A DNA stretch of 64,000 bases from an uncultured Bacteroidota bacterium (GCA_913057235.1 CAJXNI010000013.1:10005-74004), one strand, 5' to 3'; positions 9,201 to 18,091 are shown, numbered from the stretch's first letter. Translations and numbers: made by a program. The notes: generated by a model not told the origin, from the letters alone.

Positions 9201-11859
9201 TATCTTGTACGTAAAACTCGTAGGTAGTCTGAGGAGATAAACCGGTAATATTGTACTGGTCTACCGTACCAGCTACGGAGTCAATACCCAATTGACCGGC
9301 CACTTGCGGCACAAAACCAGGCGTACCCCAGGCAATACGGGTTTTAAAACCGTCACTACCGCTACCCCAGGTGGCTGTGGCCGAAACATTGGTAACGCCA
9401 GCCACTCCTAAAGTGGTAACCAAAGGTGGTGCACAAGAAGGAATTTGCTTGTATTCAAAGTCATCTACGTGAATATTGTCAAAGGTAGAATTCATGCCGT
9501 GCTGGAATACCACGTGACCGCCACCACTGGTGATAGGGTTATTGGTCAAATCCACCACAAAGAAATCCCAAAGATCATCGTCCATTTCAGCGGCTGTAAT
9601 AGTATCCAAACCAATAAAAGTAGTTTCATCGGCCAGGTTGGTCATCACACCAATAATCAAATCAGAGCCGTCAAAAGAACCATCTTCATCGTATACAAAG
9701 AACTCCAAACGTTTTTGATCATCCAGGTCACTAAAGCGTGGGCTGGCAATACCCAAGAAGCCTGAAGTAGCTGAGGCATTATGCAGCTCCATACTGTTAC
9801 TAGGCGAATTATTCCGGAAAGCATCTGTCTGTAATTCAAAGTTGGTCGCGCTCGGATTAAATGCCAAAGGTGTCCAACAATTGTCTAAATCAGGAGCGGT
9901 GGTGCCGTCAAAGTTTTGGCTGTAAGGGGCCGTAAAAGCTGCGCACTGAGTGCAGAATTGAAGGGGTCCTATCCAACCACTTGTTCCGTTATTGGCAGCC
10001 GTACAATTAGATCGAATATACAAATCATAACAGGTGTTAGGAGATAAAGGTCCAAAGCTCACCGAGTCTGAGGTAACCGAAGTAACTGAACCTGTTCCTT
10101 GCTGAAACCCTATTGGGCCCCATTCCAGATCCCAGGTGCTTCCGGAAGGGTCACTAAATTGGACAGTGGCATTCGTATCAGTTAGGGCGGTTATAGCAGG
10201 TGAACTGGGAAATGGACATAACACGCAAGAACGAATCTCTAACTGATCAATAGCTATATCCCCAGTAAAACTAGTACCACTGGTATAAGCAAATTCAATG
10301 AAAATAGTCTGACCTACATAGGCATCTAAGCGCACGCCCACGTTTTGCCAGGGGTCTCCCTGAGCCGATTGAACAGCCCCTGAACTGGTGAAAACAGGGG
10401 TAAATGGCCCGGATGCAGAAGTACTAACACCAACCGTAAGGGTTCCAATTTGGGCACCGAAAGCATGGAGCCAAAAGGACATTTCAGCTGAATCATTGGC
10501 CGTGGATAAATCAACTGCTCCTGTCACCACAGAACCTGAAGTTGGGTTGCTTCCCGAAGTTTCATAATACATGTATTGATTTCCTTGATGCGCCCCTAAA
10601 GGCCCCGTGCTACTGGAGGACGTACCACCAGAATTTAGTCTCCATACTCCGTTTCCTGTGCCCAATCCCGTTAGATTTGGAGCTGCGCTCTCAAAATCTT
10701 CAAAATACACTACCCCAGGATTACCAGTAATGCACGTTACACCTCTCGGTCCTCTAATCGGGGTAGTAAAAGCTTCCGGGCCTGCGGTGTCACTAAAGGT
10801 ACTGCTGCCGCAATCGGCAAAAAGATACACATCATAAGCTGTGCTTGGGTTTAACCCAAACAGGTTAATGGGGCTGGAACTAACGGCTGGAGTAGCCGTG
10901 CCAGAAGAAGATGGATTGCCTTGCGGTACCACTATGGCTTGGTAGGTAATACCGGGTACAGCACCAAAATTTACCTCTGCAGTGGTAGCGGTTACATTAG
11001 TCACTGAGGTGATTTGAGGAGCCGCTAATGCTAAGGTGGCCGTAGCCGTATCATTCAGATTTGCTGTATCTGCCGTCATATTGGGCATAGTGGTCCAAGC
11101 CTTCACTACATAATTAGTTTGAGGGGCATAGGTAATGTTACCTATGTTCACCAAGGCCGAGGAAGGACCAGTGCCTGCCGCAGTGTCAAGCAGTTGACTG
11201 TAAGTTACCGGAGTTTGAGCCACCCCATTTACTTCCCACTCGATGTCTACCGTGGTAATTTGGTTGGTACCAAAGTTTTGCAGATTTACAAAAACCGGAA
11301 AAGTGCCCGGACAAGAGGAAGTAAGCGATTGGTCTATGCTACCAACACCTGCATCATTGGGGGCTGTGCTAGCCTGCATAATCTCTATCTCCCTAAAGTT
11401 AGGGTTAGAAGTTTGACCGCTACCCGTCATTTGAAAAGCCGTCATTCTAAAGCGATCTGCGAAAGTCTTTTGAATAGGCACGCGGTTAATACAAGCTTGC
11501 GGTAGGTTAGATACAGTTTCCGTAGTTACCCAGGTAGTACCATCCCACACCTGAATGGTAAAGCCTGTAAGACTACGGGCGTTGTTTTGGGCGTGATGAA
11601 TTATTAGTGAATCAAATGCCTGTACACTTGGCCATGTGAACTCAATAAAATCAGTCCCAATTACAGAGGAGGGAGGGGAGCTGGTTGGAATCCACATTTG
11701 CTGGGTTCCGCAGGTACCAAAATTGAGATCATTTAAGGTGCTGCAAGGCCCTGTGTTACAGGCGCTTGCGGTTGCTGTGGCCTGTGGGGCCAAATTGATT
11801 TGGGCCTTAGCGCCTACCCAACAGGCAATCATTCCAAATAATAGTAAGATTCTCTTCAT
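6202..11859 (-). CDS. Giant secreted protein, 1885 aa: signal peptide, discoidin-like N-domain, FN3-like + MAM-like + choice-of-anchor-J-like modules, PKD domain, T9SS C-terminal sorting domain
   Basis: Signal peptide MKRILLLFGMIACWVGAKAQ. MAM-type blocks (GVWRLNSGGTSSSSTGPLGAHQGNQYMYYETS...FTGDIAIDQLEI; RSTGPTSGNGPTSDKTGVNFLYCEAS...NGCCGDAAIDDVQF; TGPNGDATSGSGVYLYTEAS...FTGDVSIDDVEV). PKD motif (YQWDFGDGNSGTGVTTSHTY). T9SS tail (LDVYPNPTTNLVNIAF...GVYILEV). Confidence 0.9.
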   Translation of the reverse strand: MKRILLLFGMIACWVGAKAQINLAPQATATASACNTGPCSTLNDLNFGTCGTQQMWIPTSSPPSSVIGTDFIEFTWPSVQAFDSLIIHHAQNNARSLTGFTIQVWDGTTWVTTETVSNLPQACINRVPIQKTFADRFRMTAFQMTGSGQTSNPNFREIEIMQASTAPNDAGVGSIDQSLTSSCPGTFPVFVNLQNFGTNQITTVDIEWEVNGVAQTPVTYSQLLDTAAGTGPSSALVNIGNITYAPQTNYVVKAWTTMPNMTADTANLNDTATATLALAAPQITSVTNVTATTAEVNFGAVPGITYQAIVVPQGNPSSSGTATPAVSSSPINLFGLNPSTAYDVYLFADCGSSTFSDTAGPEAFTTPIRGPRGVTCITGNPGVVYFEDFESAAPNLTGLGTGNGVWRLNSGGTSSSSTGPLGAHQGNQYMYYETSGSNPTSGSVVTGAVDLSTANDSAEMSFWLHAFGAQIGTLTVGVSTSASGPFTPVFTSSGAVQSAQGDPWQNVGVRLDAYVGQTIFIEFAYTSGTSFTGDIAIDQLEIRSCVLCPFPSSPAITALTDTNATVQFSDPSGSTWDLEWGPIGFQQGTGSVTSVTSDSVSFGPLSPNTCYDLYIRSNCTAANNGTSGWIGPLQFCTQCAAFTAPYSQNFDGTTAPDLDNCWTPLAFNPSATNFELQTDAFRNNSPSNSMELHNASATSGFLGIASPRFSDLDDQKRLEFFVYDEDGSFDGSDLIIGVMTNLADETTFIGLDTITAAEMDDDLWDFFVVDLTNNPITSGGGHVVFQHGMNSTFDNIHVDDFEYKQIPSCAPPLVTTLGVAGVTNVSATATWGSGSDGFKTRIAWGTPGFVPQVAGQLGIDSVAGTVDQYNITGLSPQTTYEFYVQDSCTTDGLSPWVGPFLFSTACSIFTAPFAEDFDGNSWIASGNNNNNVLDPCWTSDPDTTSTLVFKWIPRSTGPTSGNGPTSDKTGVNFLYCEASGAGTSDTAWLVTPYVDVSTLTVPALYFSQHRNANGGNLADMQVEVTNDFGATWTQIYSVTGEIQSAAGDPWEDEIIALGNYVGDTVAVRFVQASNGCCGDAAIDDVQFAEAPTCPDVINLAANNVVDTAATLSWVGNPATNSYEFWIGPQGFFQGTQVTAGSRTIVSNPNIVIDTLNANTCFDFVVRGICAPGDTGNWVGPFTFCTPCSPFPTPYAEDFDAVTATSGDFGNCWSGLPETTTTFSFRSNTGTTTSGSTGPNGDATSGSGVYLYTEASSGTTGNVAELYSPLFDLTGQTSPEVKFAYHMYGSTIDSLNLDINDGSGWTNLMFLQGQQQTASSDPWRDTAVDISSYSGLIQLRFRVTRGTSFTGDVSIDDVEVGEPIINDAEVNALLVEAGCGDSTTAVDVVFTNRGANAITSLPVSVAVSGSQTTTLNGVYTGNLATDQTDTLRVGTVNTYGGALLNFTATANLANDQVGLNDTISEGPVEFIPFEPVGFDTVACASDDSVFLRALDVGAQYAWFGSNSPTDTIPLATGDTVAFAAANALGTYFLQYQTGVSGSLTTTYAGGNGQAGNTFDVLPTSAISLSGMDIHIGGTTTENVSVYYRLGTAAGNSNTGQINNWTLHESFTGVVGAGIGNPTNLQFSSPLNLPGGQVSAILVVLTTSTNIDYTNGTTVGAVFASNSDLTIYEGFGIGWSSGNISGSFSPRNFNGALYYGSGGCSEIRTPVNVNLSNDTTEAAFTTTGTQPTFNFDASASVNADFYQWDFGDGNSGTGVTTSHTYANNGVYTVTLTTLDSTDCISQDTATETITVNVGIEENALSQSLDVYPNPTTNLVNIAFDQVGAGEVTLSLQDAQGRVVFKETQNLSGNKFSTQIDLSAYARGVYILEVESGDLKARRSVSLR

Positions 11860-12276
11860 TTCTTTTTTGTTTAAAAGTTATCCTCTAAAGTATCAAAAAA
11901 AAGTCAGTAATTTTTCTAATTCATTTTTCAGGCCATCTTAAAACCTAAGAAAATTGGCCCTTTAAGCATTAAATGGCAAAAGCAATTGGCGCTCAAGTAA
12001 TCTAAACCACTACTTTCAAAAATTAATTCTTTAGTCGTTTCGCCCTTTGTGCTAAATTTCGGATCCTAATTCTTGTCAGAAGGCTTTCAGATGAAAGAAG
12101 GGTCACCCAGGGTCTTTTGCGCCCGTCTACCCTCTGGCAATAAAAACTCTTTATTTTAGGTTTATTGGTATTTAGGTGCTTCTAATTCTGAGATTGGGAT
12201 ATCCCTGAGATTCACAAAACAACGGTGCGCCTGTCCAAAGGCTTTAGCTCCAAAGTTTTAGTACCCGAATATTCCG

Positions 12277-12284
12277 TACCTTTG
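12277..12284 (+). promoter_or_regulatory. Candidate Bacteroidota -7 promoter element (TAnnTTTG) for the 12299 gene
   Basis: TACCTTTG lies 15 nt upstream of the ATG at 12299. I saw no clean -33 TTG at the expected spacing. Confidence 0.3.
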
Positions 12285-12298
12285 ACGCCCTGTAAAAA

Positions 12299-12595
12299 AT
12301 GACAAGTAGTATGGAAGTGCTAGACAATACAGAAATGCGCCATTTTGAGGTGAAAGTGGGCGAACGCTTGGCTTTAATTGAATACCAAATTCAAGAGAAG
12401 AAATACTTCCTCACCCGAACCGAGTTTCCTAAAAAGTTTGTGGAGCAAGGCAAAGACCAGGAAATGATGGCTGAGGTGATTAAAATGATTGAGCCTACGG
12501 GAATGCGCATTGTGCCGATGACCAAGTTTGTGAAACAGTATTTTAAAGAGCATCGCGAATTAAAGCCGCTCTTGCCGGTGGGCATTCACCTTTAA
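12299..12595 (+). CDS. Small GNAT-like N-acetyltransferase-fold protein (YjdJ-type, about 100 aa)
   Basis: The size and layout (MRHFEVKVGERLALIEYQ...YFLTRTEFPKKFVEQG...MRIVPMTKFVKQYFKEH) match the short GCN5-related 'Acetyltransf_CG' proteins as I remember them. Confidence 0.6.
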   Translation: MTSSMEVLDNTEMRHFEVKVGERLALIEYQIQEKKYFLTRTEFPKKFVEQGKDQEMMAEVIKMIEPTGMRIVPMTKFVKQYFKEHRELKPLLPVGIHL

Positions 12596-12621
12596 AGATA
12601 AATGATTATTGAATTCACTAC

Positions 12622-12647
12622 AAGGCCAGGTTTCATGGCCTTTTTTT
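12622..12647 (+). terminator. Rho-independent terminator after the 12299..12595 gene
   Basis: aaggcca / ggtttca / tggcctt stem-loop followed by a T-run. Confidence 0.65.
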
Positions 12648-12759
12648 GTCCAGGTTTTTGCCGCAGGATGTTTAAACGCTCGTTCTTTTCAAGGAGTACC
12701 TAAACAGTCAGTGTAAACAATTCAAGTTTGGTGCCATTGGAAAGATCTAAAGAAAAGCC

Positions 12760-13413
12760 ATGAGTGAATTCAAAATCAAGATTACCAGCATTACCAAACT
12801 TACGCACGATGTGTTTCAGTTTACCACTACCAAGCCTGAGAACTACTTCTTTACTCCTGGACAGGCCACAGAATTGAGTTTAGACCAAGATGGCTGGCGC
12901 AAGGAAAAACGACCTTTCACCTTTACCTCCTTACCGGAAGATGATCACCTGGAATTCAGCATTAAAAGCTACCCCAATCACGATGGGGTTACGGAGCAGA
13001 TTGCCAAACTTACCCCCGGTGATTCTTTCTTAATTGGTGAGGCATGGGGGGCTATTACCTACCAGGGAACGGGCACTTTTATAGCCGGTGGCGCTGGTAT
13101 TACGCCCTTCATCAGCATATTCAAATCACTTGAACAAAAAGGAGAAGTCAATGGCAACCGGCTTATTTTTAGCAATAAAACTAAAGAAGACATCATACTG
13201 CAAGAGTACTGGGAACAATTATTGGGCGAAAACTTCATACCGGTGCTTACCGAAGGAAACGGTAAGCAAATAGATCAGGATTTTCTGGAGCAGCAAAAAC
13301 TCTCTAAAGATGAGCGCATTTATTTATGCGGCCCTCCTGCCATGGTAGAAGATCTTAAAGAGGCGTGCCAAGCGCTAGGGTTGGATGCTAGCAACGTAGT
13401 ATTGGAAGAATAA
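12760..13413 (+). CDS. Ferredoxin-NADP reductase-like FAD/NAD(P)-binding oxidoreductase
   Basis: RPFTFTS (RxYS-type FAD motif), GTFIAGGAGITPF (NAD(P)-binding glycine motif) and a C-terminal YLCGPPAMV. Confidence 0.75.
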   Translation: MSEFKIKITSITKLTHDVFQFTTTKPENYFFTPGQATELSLDQDGWRKEKRPFTFTSLPEDDHLEFSIKSYPNHDGVTEQIAKLTPGDSFLIGEAWGAITYQGTGTFIAGGAGITPFISIFKSLEQKGEVNGNRLIFSNKTKEDIILQEYWEQLLGENFIPVLTEGNGKQIDQDFLEQQKLSKDERIYLCGPPAMVEDLKEACQALGLDASNVVLEE

Positions 13414-14310
13414 TTAGCCTTTGGTCTTTAGAACCCTGGAGAGGACAGGAACCTGAGCTATTTTATGATTCATATCTAGTTTCTGAGCGGCTAACTTCTG
13501 AGAACTGCTGTAGTTCTTTTTTGGAAAATCATAGCCTAGGGCACGCATGGCCGCACCCCCATTTTTTTCCAGGTAATACCGTAGGTGGGGAGGCCAGTTG
13601 GCACCACGGTTCAAGGGATTAAAATCTTTGCTTTTGGTGCTGCGCTGCCACTTAAACGAGCCATCTTTTTGCTTAGTGGTTGAACTGCCGTACACGGGCA
13701 GTTGCTCCAAAGCCTCGTAGTCGTAGTTAGCCGGATTCAAATCCAAAAATTCAAAGGCCTTGGTAAGCTCCTTCTCCGGATTTTTCACCAGATCTTCATA
13801 CTTGAGGAGCAAAAAGGACTGGTGCTGCTGTTCCTGAACAATACGCCTGGCACTTTCTGACCACAGTTTGATACCCTTGCGGTACGACCAAAAATCTCCA
13901 ATGTACCCTGACTCTACTGCATCTAAGCCACTGCGCACCAGCACAATTAATTGGGCATCGGAAAAGAATGATTTAAAAAGCGGCAGATTATGCGTGTAAG
14001 GCGTATGGGTAGCATAGTACTTACCTTCTTCCGTAACCGCATCACTCAAATAGCGGTAAAGCCCATCGCGCAAAGCTTCATTTAGTCTTTGCTTTTGGGA
14101 TTGGGGCGTTATTTTCTCATTCCATTTCCAAACCTCACTCCAAGAGCCAGCCACGCCCTCGCTAAAGTGCGTAAGCTTTGACAAATGATAGGTTAAAAAG
14201 TCTTCACCAACAATGCCGCAGCGGGCAATCTCTTTATGACGATGCAGGAGGTTTGCCAAATAATTACTGCCGCAACGCGGGGTTATTCCAAGGATAAAAA
14301 GTGGTTTCAT
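13414..14310 (-). CDS. Sulfotransferase-family protein
   Basis: The N-terminal ILGITPRCGSNYL resembles the 5'-phosphosulfate-binding P-loop, and VLVRSGLDAVES resembles the 3'-phosphate-binding region. The start overlaps the upstream stop as ATGA (14307-14310). Confidence 0.6.
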   Translation of the reverse strand: MKPLFILGITPRCGSNYLANLLHRHKEIARCGIVGEDFLTYHLSKLTHFSEGVAGSWSEVWKWNEKITPQSQKQRLNEALRDGLYRYLSDAVTEEGKYYATHTPYTHNLPLFKSFFSDAQLIVLVRSGLDAVESGYIGDFWSYRKGIKLWSESARRIVQEQQHQSFLLLKYEDLVKNPEKELTKAFEFLDLNPANYDYEALEQLPVYGSSTTKQKDGSFKWQRSTKSKDFNPLNRGANWPPHLRYYLEKNGGAAMRALGYDFPKKNYSSSQKLAAQKLDMNHKIAQVPVLSRVLKTKG

Positions 14311-15476
14311 GGAAGTTTAGCAAGTTGGTAAATAAAGGCCGTTCTTAAGGCCAAAATAAGGTTGAGAAAAAACAAAGCTAAATGTAAATCCTGGGGAAAC
14401 ATGAACCAAGCCACGGCTACCGCGCCATGCCAAAAAGATCCAATCAAAAATAAAAGGCGGCTGCGCTTTCTCGCCCTGTCACTAAAAAGTAAAAAAGCCA
14501 GAAACAAATGAAAGGGTAAGGCCCAAAGCAAATTTAGGTTACGGGCGGCTGCAGCATGATCGGTGAAAAACCAAAGAATAAAAAGCAGCAGACCCACCAG
14601 GCCCACACTTAAAAAGAGTAAAAAATCAGGTAGAGGACGGTAGGATTTTTTACGGTATTGCCTGATGCTGAGGGCAAGCACCACCGCCAAGAGCACCAGA
14701 AATACCAGGGTTGGAGTAACTGTGGACTTTTGGTCCTGCGGCTTTCCTGCAAAGGTAACCTGCCTTTGTGCTACCAGGGGCTTGGTTCCTTCTGCCGTTT
14801 TTAGAGTGGCTGAAGCTATGCCCTTCTCCAAATAATCCGGTAGAAACATGTATTCAAAGGCGCTGGCCTTTTTATCCATGGGTAGACCCAGGCAAATATC
14901 AATGCCTAAATCGCCCCAAGGTTGCTGGCTCAGGTATAAGTCGCATAATTCGCGTATAGAGTGCTTGGCCTCTACGTAGCTTGAATCAAAATGCAAGGTG
15001 TCGCCTAAAACCTGCAGCAAGCCATCTCGAATGCGCGTTGCGCAGTTGTCGTAAAAATAATCGTAACGGTAGGTGGCATTTTGCGGCAAAGCATTAACCT
15101 GCAAAAAATTAAAATAAGCCTGTTTTTGCCAGGGGCTTAAATTCAGTATTTGCTCATGAACGAAGCGGCCTTCAGAAGTGTAACTGCGCACAAAACGGCT
15201 GTAATCCGTTACCGCTAATTTGTAGAGTAAATTGCCTTTGGTGAAATTCAGGTAAAAATTAGGCTGGTCAAAATCAAATACTCCGTAGTTGTAGAGCAAA
15301 TCAAAGCCGGTTTTAGGATCATGCACCCGCACCGCACTATGCCCAAAAGCCGAATAGAGCTCATTTTGACCGGGCCCACAGGTAATCACACTTATCTGAG
15401 CCTGGGGCGAGAGCTGCCACTGTGCAAGCGTGCACCATGACCAGAGAATACCTAAAAGAAGGCCCATCTTTTTCAT
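14307..15476 (-). CDS. DUF4105 (Lnb-type N-terminal periplasmic domain) membrane protein
   Basis: ISVITCGPGQNELYSAFGHSAVRVHDPKTGFDLLYNYGVFDFDQPNFYLNFTKGNLLYKL is the hallmark DUF4105 block, and the C-terminal third has about 5 hydrophobic helices. The track start (15503) is a TTG. The ATG at 15476 (MKKMGLLLGILWSWCTLAQ, a signal-like peptide) is more plausible. Confidence 0.75.
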   Translation of the reverse strand: MKKMGLLLGILWSWCTLAQWQLSPQAQISVITCGPGQNELYSAFGHSAVRVHDPKTGFDLLYNYGVFDFDQPNFYLNFTKGNLLYKLAVTDYSRFVRSYTSEGRFVHEQILNLSPWQKQAYFNFLQVNALPQNATYRYDYFYDNCATRIRDGLLQVLGDTLHFDSSYVEAKHSIRELCDLYLSQQPWGDLGIDICLGLPMDKKASAFEYMFLPDYLEKGIASATLKTAEGTKPLVAQRQVTFAGKPQDQKSTVTPTLVFLVLLAVVLALSIRQYRKKSYRPLPDFLLFLSVGLVGLLLFILWFFTDHAAAARNLNLLWALPFHLFLAFLLFSDRARKRSRLLFLIGSFWHGAVAVAWFMFPQDLHLALFFLNLILALRTAFIYQLAKLP

Positions 15477-15537
15477 GCTGCCAAGGTACTTTGCCGCTGC
15501 CAATAGCCCAAATTAAAATTTCTTCGTTTTAGCTAAC

Positions 15538-15570
15538 TTGCGTTAAGACCTCCCTTATATTCTAACTTTG
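15538..15570 (+). promoter_or_regulatory. Candidate Bacteroidota promoter (TTG-N22-TAACTTTG) for priA
   Basis: TAACTTTG at 15563-15570 fits TAnnTTTG, and a TTG lies at 15538-15540. The motif ends 4 nt before the priA ATG, which implies a leaderless or near-leaderless mRNA. Confidence 0.3.
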
Positions 15571-15574
15571 CGGT

Positions 15575-18019
15575 ATGGAGCTGTTTGCCGAAGTTATTTT
15601 ACCCCTGGCCCTCCCCCAGAATTACACGTACCGTATTCCATCGGCCTTAGAGCCTAAGGTGCAGCGTGGCATTAGGGTGGTGGTGCAATTTGGTAAACGC
15701 AAATTATACACAGCCTTGGTGGCGCGGGTGCATCAGGAGAAACCGCAGGATTTTAAGCCCAAAGACTTGCTGGATGTAGAAGATGAGCATCCCATAGTCA
15801 ATGATTTTCAGTTTTCACTTTGGCAGTGGATGGCCGGGTACTACCTCTGTACCCAAGGCGAGGTAATGGCGGCAGCCTTACCCAATGGCCTAAAGCTGGA
15901 AAGTGAAATGAGTGTGCTCCCCAACCAATTGAAAGAATTGGTAGATGATGAGCTTAGCGATGCTGAATTTTTAGTGGTTGAAGCACTGGAGCAGCAGCAA
16001 AAGCTGAGCATAAAAGAAATTAGCGCCATCACCGAAATGGCCAACCCCCTACCTATTATTAAAAGTCTGCTGGGCAAGCGCTACATTTTGCTGGAAGAAG
16101 AAATAAAGGGAGGCTACCGACCGGTGCAAAAAAGATATGTAAAGCTTCCCGCCAACTTAAGCGAAACAGCTATAAATGAGGTTTTTGCCGATTTGGAAAA
16201 AGCACCCAAGCAGCGCGATTTATTGCTGGCATTTTTTAGCCTTAAAAAAAATAGCGACCGGGTAACCGCCAGCAAGCTGCTGAAATATTGCCAGGCCAGT
16301 GATGGCTCTTTAAAAAGCTTGGAAAAAAAGGGGTTGTTGGAACTTTTTTACGATGCCGAAAACACCCCACCTCAACCGGGCAAAGCAGAAGTTTTAAAAA
16401 CCTTAAACCAGCATCAACAAACGGCCCTTAATGAGCTGAAAGCGCTGTGGGAAAAACACGATGTGAATCTTCTGCACGGCATAACCTCTAGCGGAAAAAC
16501 GGAAATTTACAGCGCCCTTATTGAGCCCCTCTTAGCGCAAAATAAACAGGTACTTTACCTGGTACCCGAAATTGCCCTTACCACGCAATTAATAGGGCGC
16601 TTGCAAAAGCATTTTGGACCACAAGTGATGGTTTACCACTCGCGCTTTAGTGATAGGGAAAGGGTGGAAAGCTGGCTAAAACTTCTGGAAGAGCCTCATG
16701 CTCCCCGCCTGATAATTGGCGCCCGGAGCAGTGTTTTTCTACCCTTCAGCAACTTGGGATTGGTGATAGTGGATGAAGAGCATGAAACCAGCTTTAAGCA
16801 ATTTGATCCTTCGCCCCGCTACCACGCGCGCGATACGGCTATTGTTTTAGCTAAAATGCATAAGGCCAAAGTTCTACTGGGCTCCGCAACGCCCTCGCTG
16901 GAAAGCTACCAAAATGCCCAAAATCAAAAATTTGGCCTGGTGCAACTTTTTAAGCGTTACGGTGACATGCCTTTACCTGAAATCACTTGCGTAGACCTGA
17001 AAGAAGCCAGGCGTAAAAAGCGTTTACGGGGGGCTTTCACCGAAGATTTACAGCTGGCTATAGAAGCCTCCCTTAATGCGAATAAACAAGTTATTCTTTT
17101 TCAAAACCGCAGAGGCTTCAGCACTTTTATCCAGTGCAAAAGCTGCAGCTATGTGATGCAATGCCAGAATTGCGACATCAGCCTCACCTACCACAAACAC
17201 AGCCATAATTTACGCTGCCATTACTGTGGCTACCAGCGCAAGATCCCTCAACGCTGCCCGGCTTGTAATAGCCATGAAATCAATAACCTGGGGTTTGGCA
17301 CTGAAAAATTAGAAGACGACCTACAACTTATGTTTCCAGACATTAGCGTGCAACGTATGGATTTGGATACCACCCGTAAAAAGAATGCGTTCCAAAGTAT
17401 TATTACCGATTTTGAAGAAGGCGACACGCAAATTTTAGTGGGCACCCAAATGGTCACCAAGGGTCTGGATTTTGAAAATGTAGGCTTGGTGGGCATCATG
17501 AATGCCGATGCGCTTTTAAACTTCCCCGATTTTAGAAGCCATGAACGCGCCTTTCAGCTGCTGGGACAAGTGGCAGGGCGGGCAGGCCGCAAAGGAGAGC
17601 GCGGTAAAGTAATCATTCAAACCTCTGAGCCTTACCATCACGTAATCCGTAAGGTAATGGACAGCCAATACCAAGAGTTTTTTAAACAAGAGTTATACGA
17701 ACGGAAGCAATTCAAATACCCACCTTTCTACCGCATTATTAAGCTTACGCTGAAGCATAGAGATCAACAGCATTTAGAAAGCCGCAGCCGCAAATTGGGC
17801 CAGGCCCTGAGGGCTAGCTTTGGCAACCGGGTGTTAGGTCCTGAATTTCCATTGGTGGCACGCTTGCGAAACCGCTACCACATGGAACTATTATTAAAAC
17901 TAGAACCGCAAGCCCATTTGGGTAAGGTGAAAAGCATCATACAGAACACCATTGTAGAGTTTGAACAAAATTATCCCCAGCAAAAAATTCAAATAGTTTT
18001 TGATGTAGATCCTTACTAG
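15575..18019 (+). CDS. priA: Primosomal protein N' (replication restart helicase PriA)
   Basis: Walker A GITSSGKTEIY, DEEHE box, and a Cys-rich zinc-binding insert (CKSCSYVMQCQNCDISLTYHKHSHNLRCHYCGYQRKIPQRCPACNSHE). The length of 814 aa also fits. Confidence 0.93.
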   Translation: MELFAEVILPLALPQNYTYRIPSALEPKVQRGIRVVVQFGKRKLYTALVARVHQEKPQDFKPKDLLDVEDEHPIVNDFQFSLWQWMAGYYLCTQGEVMAAALPNGLKLESEMSVLPNQLKELVDDELSDAEFLVVEALEQQQKLSIKEISAITEMANPLPIIKSLLGKRYILLEEEIKGGYRPVQKRYVKLPANLSETAINEVFADLEKAPKQRDLLLAFFSLKKNSDRVTASKLLKYCQASDGSLKSLEKKGLLELFYDAENTPPQPGKAEVLKTLNQHQQTALNELKALWEKHDVNLLHGITSSGKTEIYSALIEPLLAQNKQVLYLVPEIALTTQLIGRLQKHFGPQVMVYHSRFSDRERVESWLKLLEEPHAPRLIIGARSSVFLPFSNLGLVIVDEEHETSFKQFDPSPRYHARDTAIVLAKMHKAKVLLGSATPSLESYQNAQNQKFGLVQLFKRYGDMPLPEITCVDLKEARRKKRLRGAFTEDLQLAIEASLNANKQVILFQNRRGFSTFIQCKSCSYVMQCQNCDISLTYHKHSHNLRCHYCGYQRKIPQRCPACNSHEINNLGFGTEKLEDDLQLMFPDISVQRMDLDTTRKKNAFQSIITDFEEGDTQILVGTQMVTKGLDFENVGLVGIMNADALLNFPDFRSHERAFQLLGQVAGRAGRKGERGKVIIQTSEPYHHVIRKVMDSQYQEFFKQELYERKQFKYPPFYRIIKLTLKHRDQQHLESRSRKLGQALRASFGNRVLGPEFPLVARLRNRYHMELLLKLEPQAHLGKVKSIIQNTIVEFEQNYPQQKIQIVFDVDPY

Positions 18020-18091
18020 TATAGTTTTTACCTATTAATTTTTAAATCAAATAATTCATAATTATAGCATCTTTGCTTAAAATTTTAACCC

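Noticed and set aside
7176-11941. Numerous 60-130-aa ORFs overlapping the 6202..11859 gene
   Set aside because: These are shadows of a strongly supported 1885-aa CDS. Their translations are low-complexity with no motifs.
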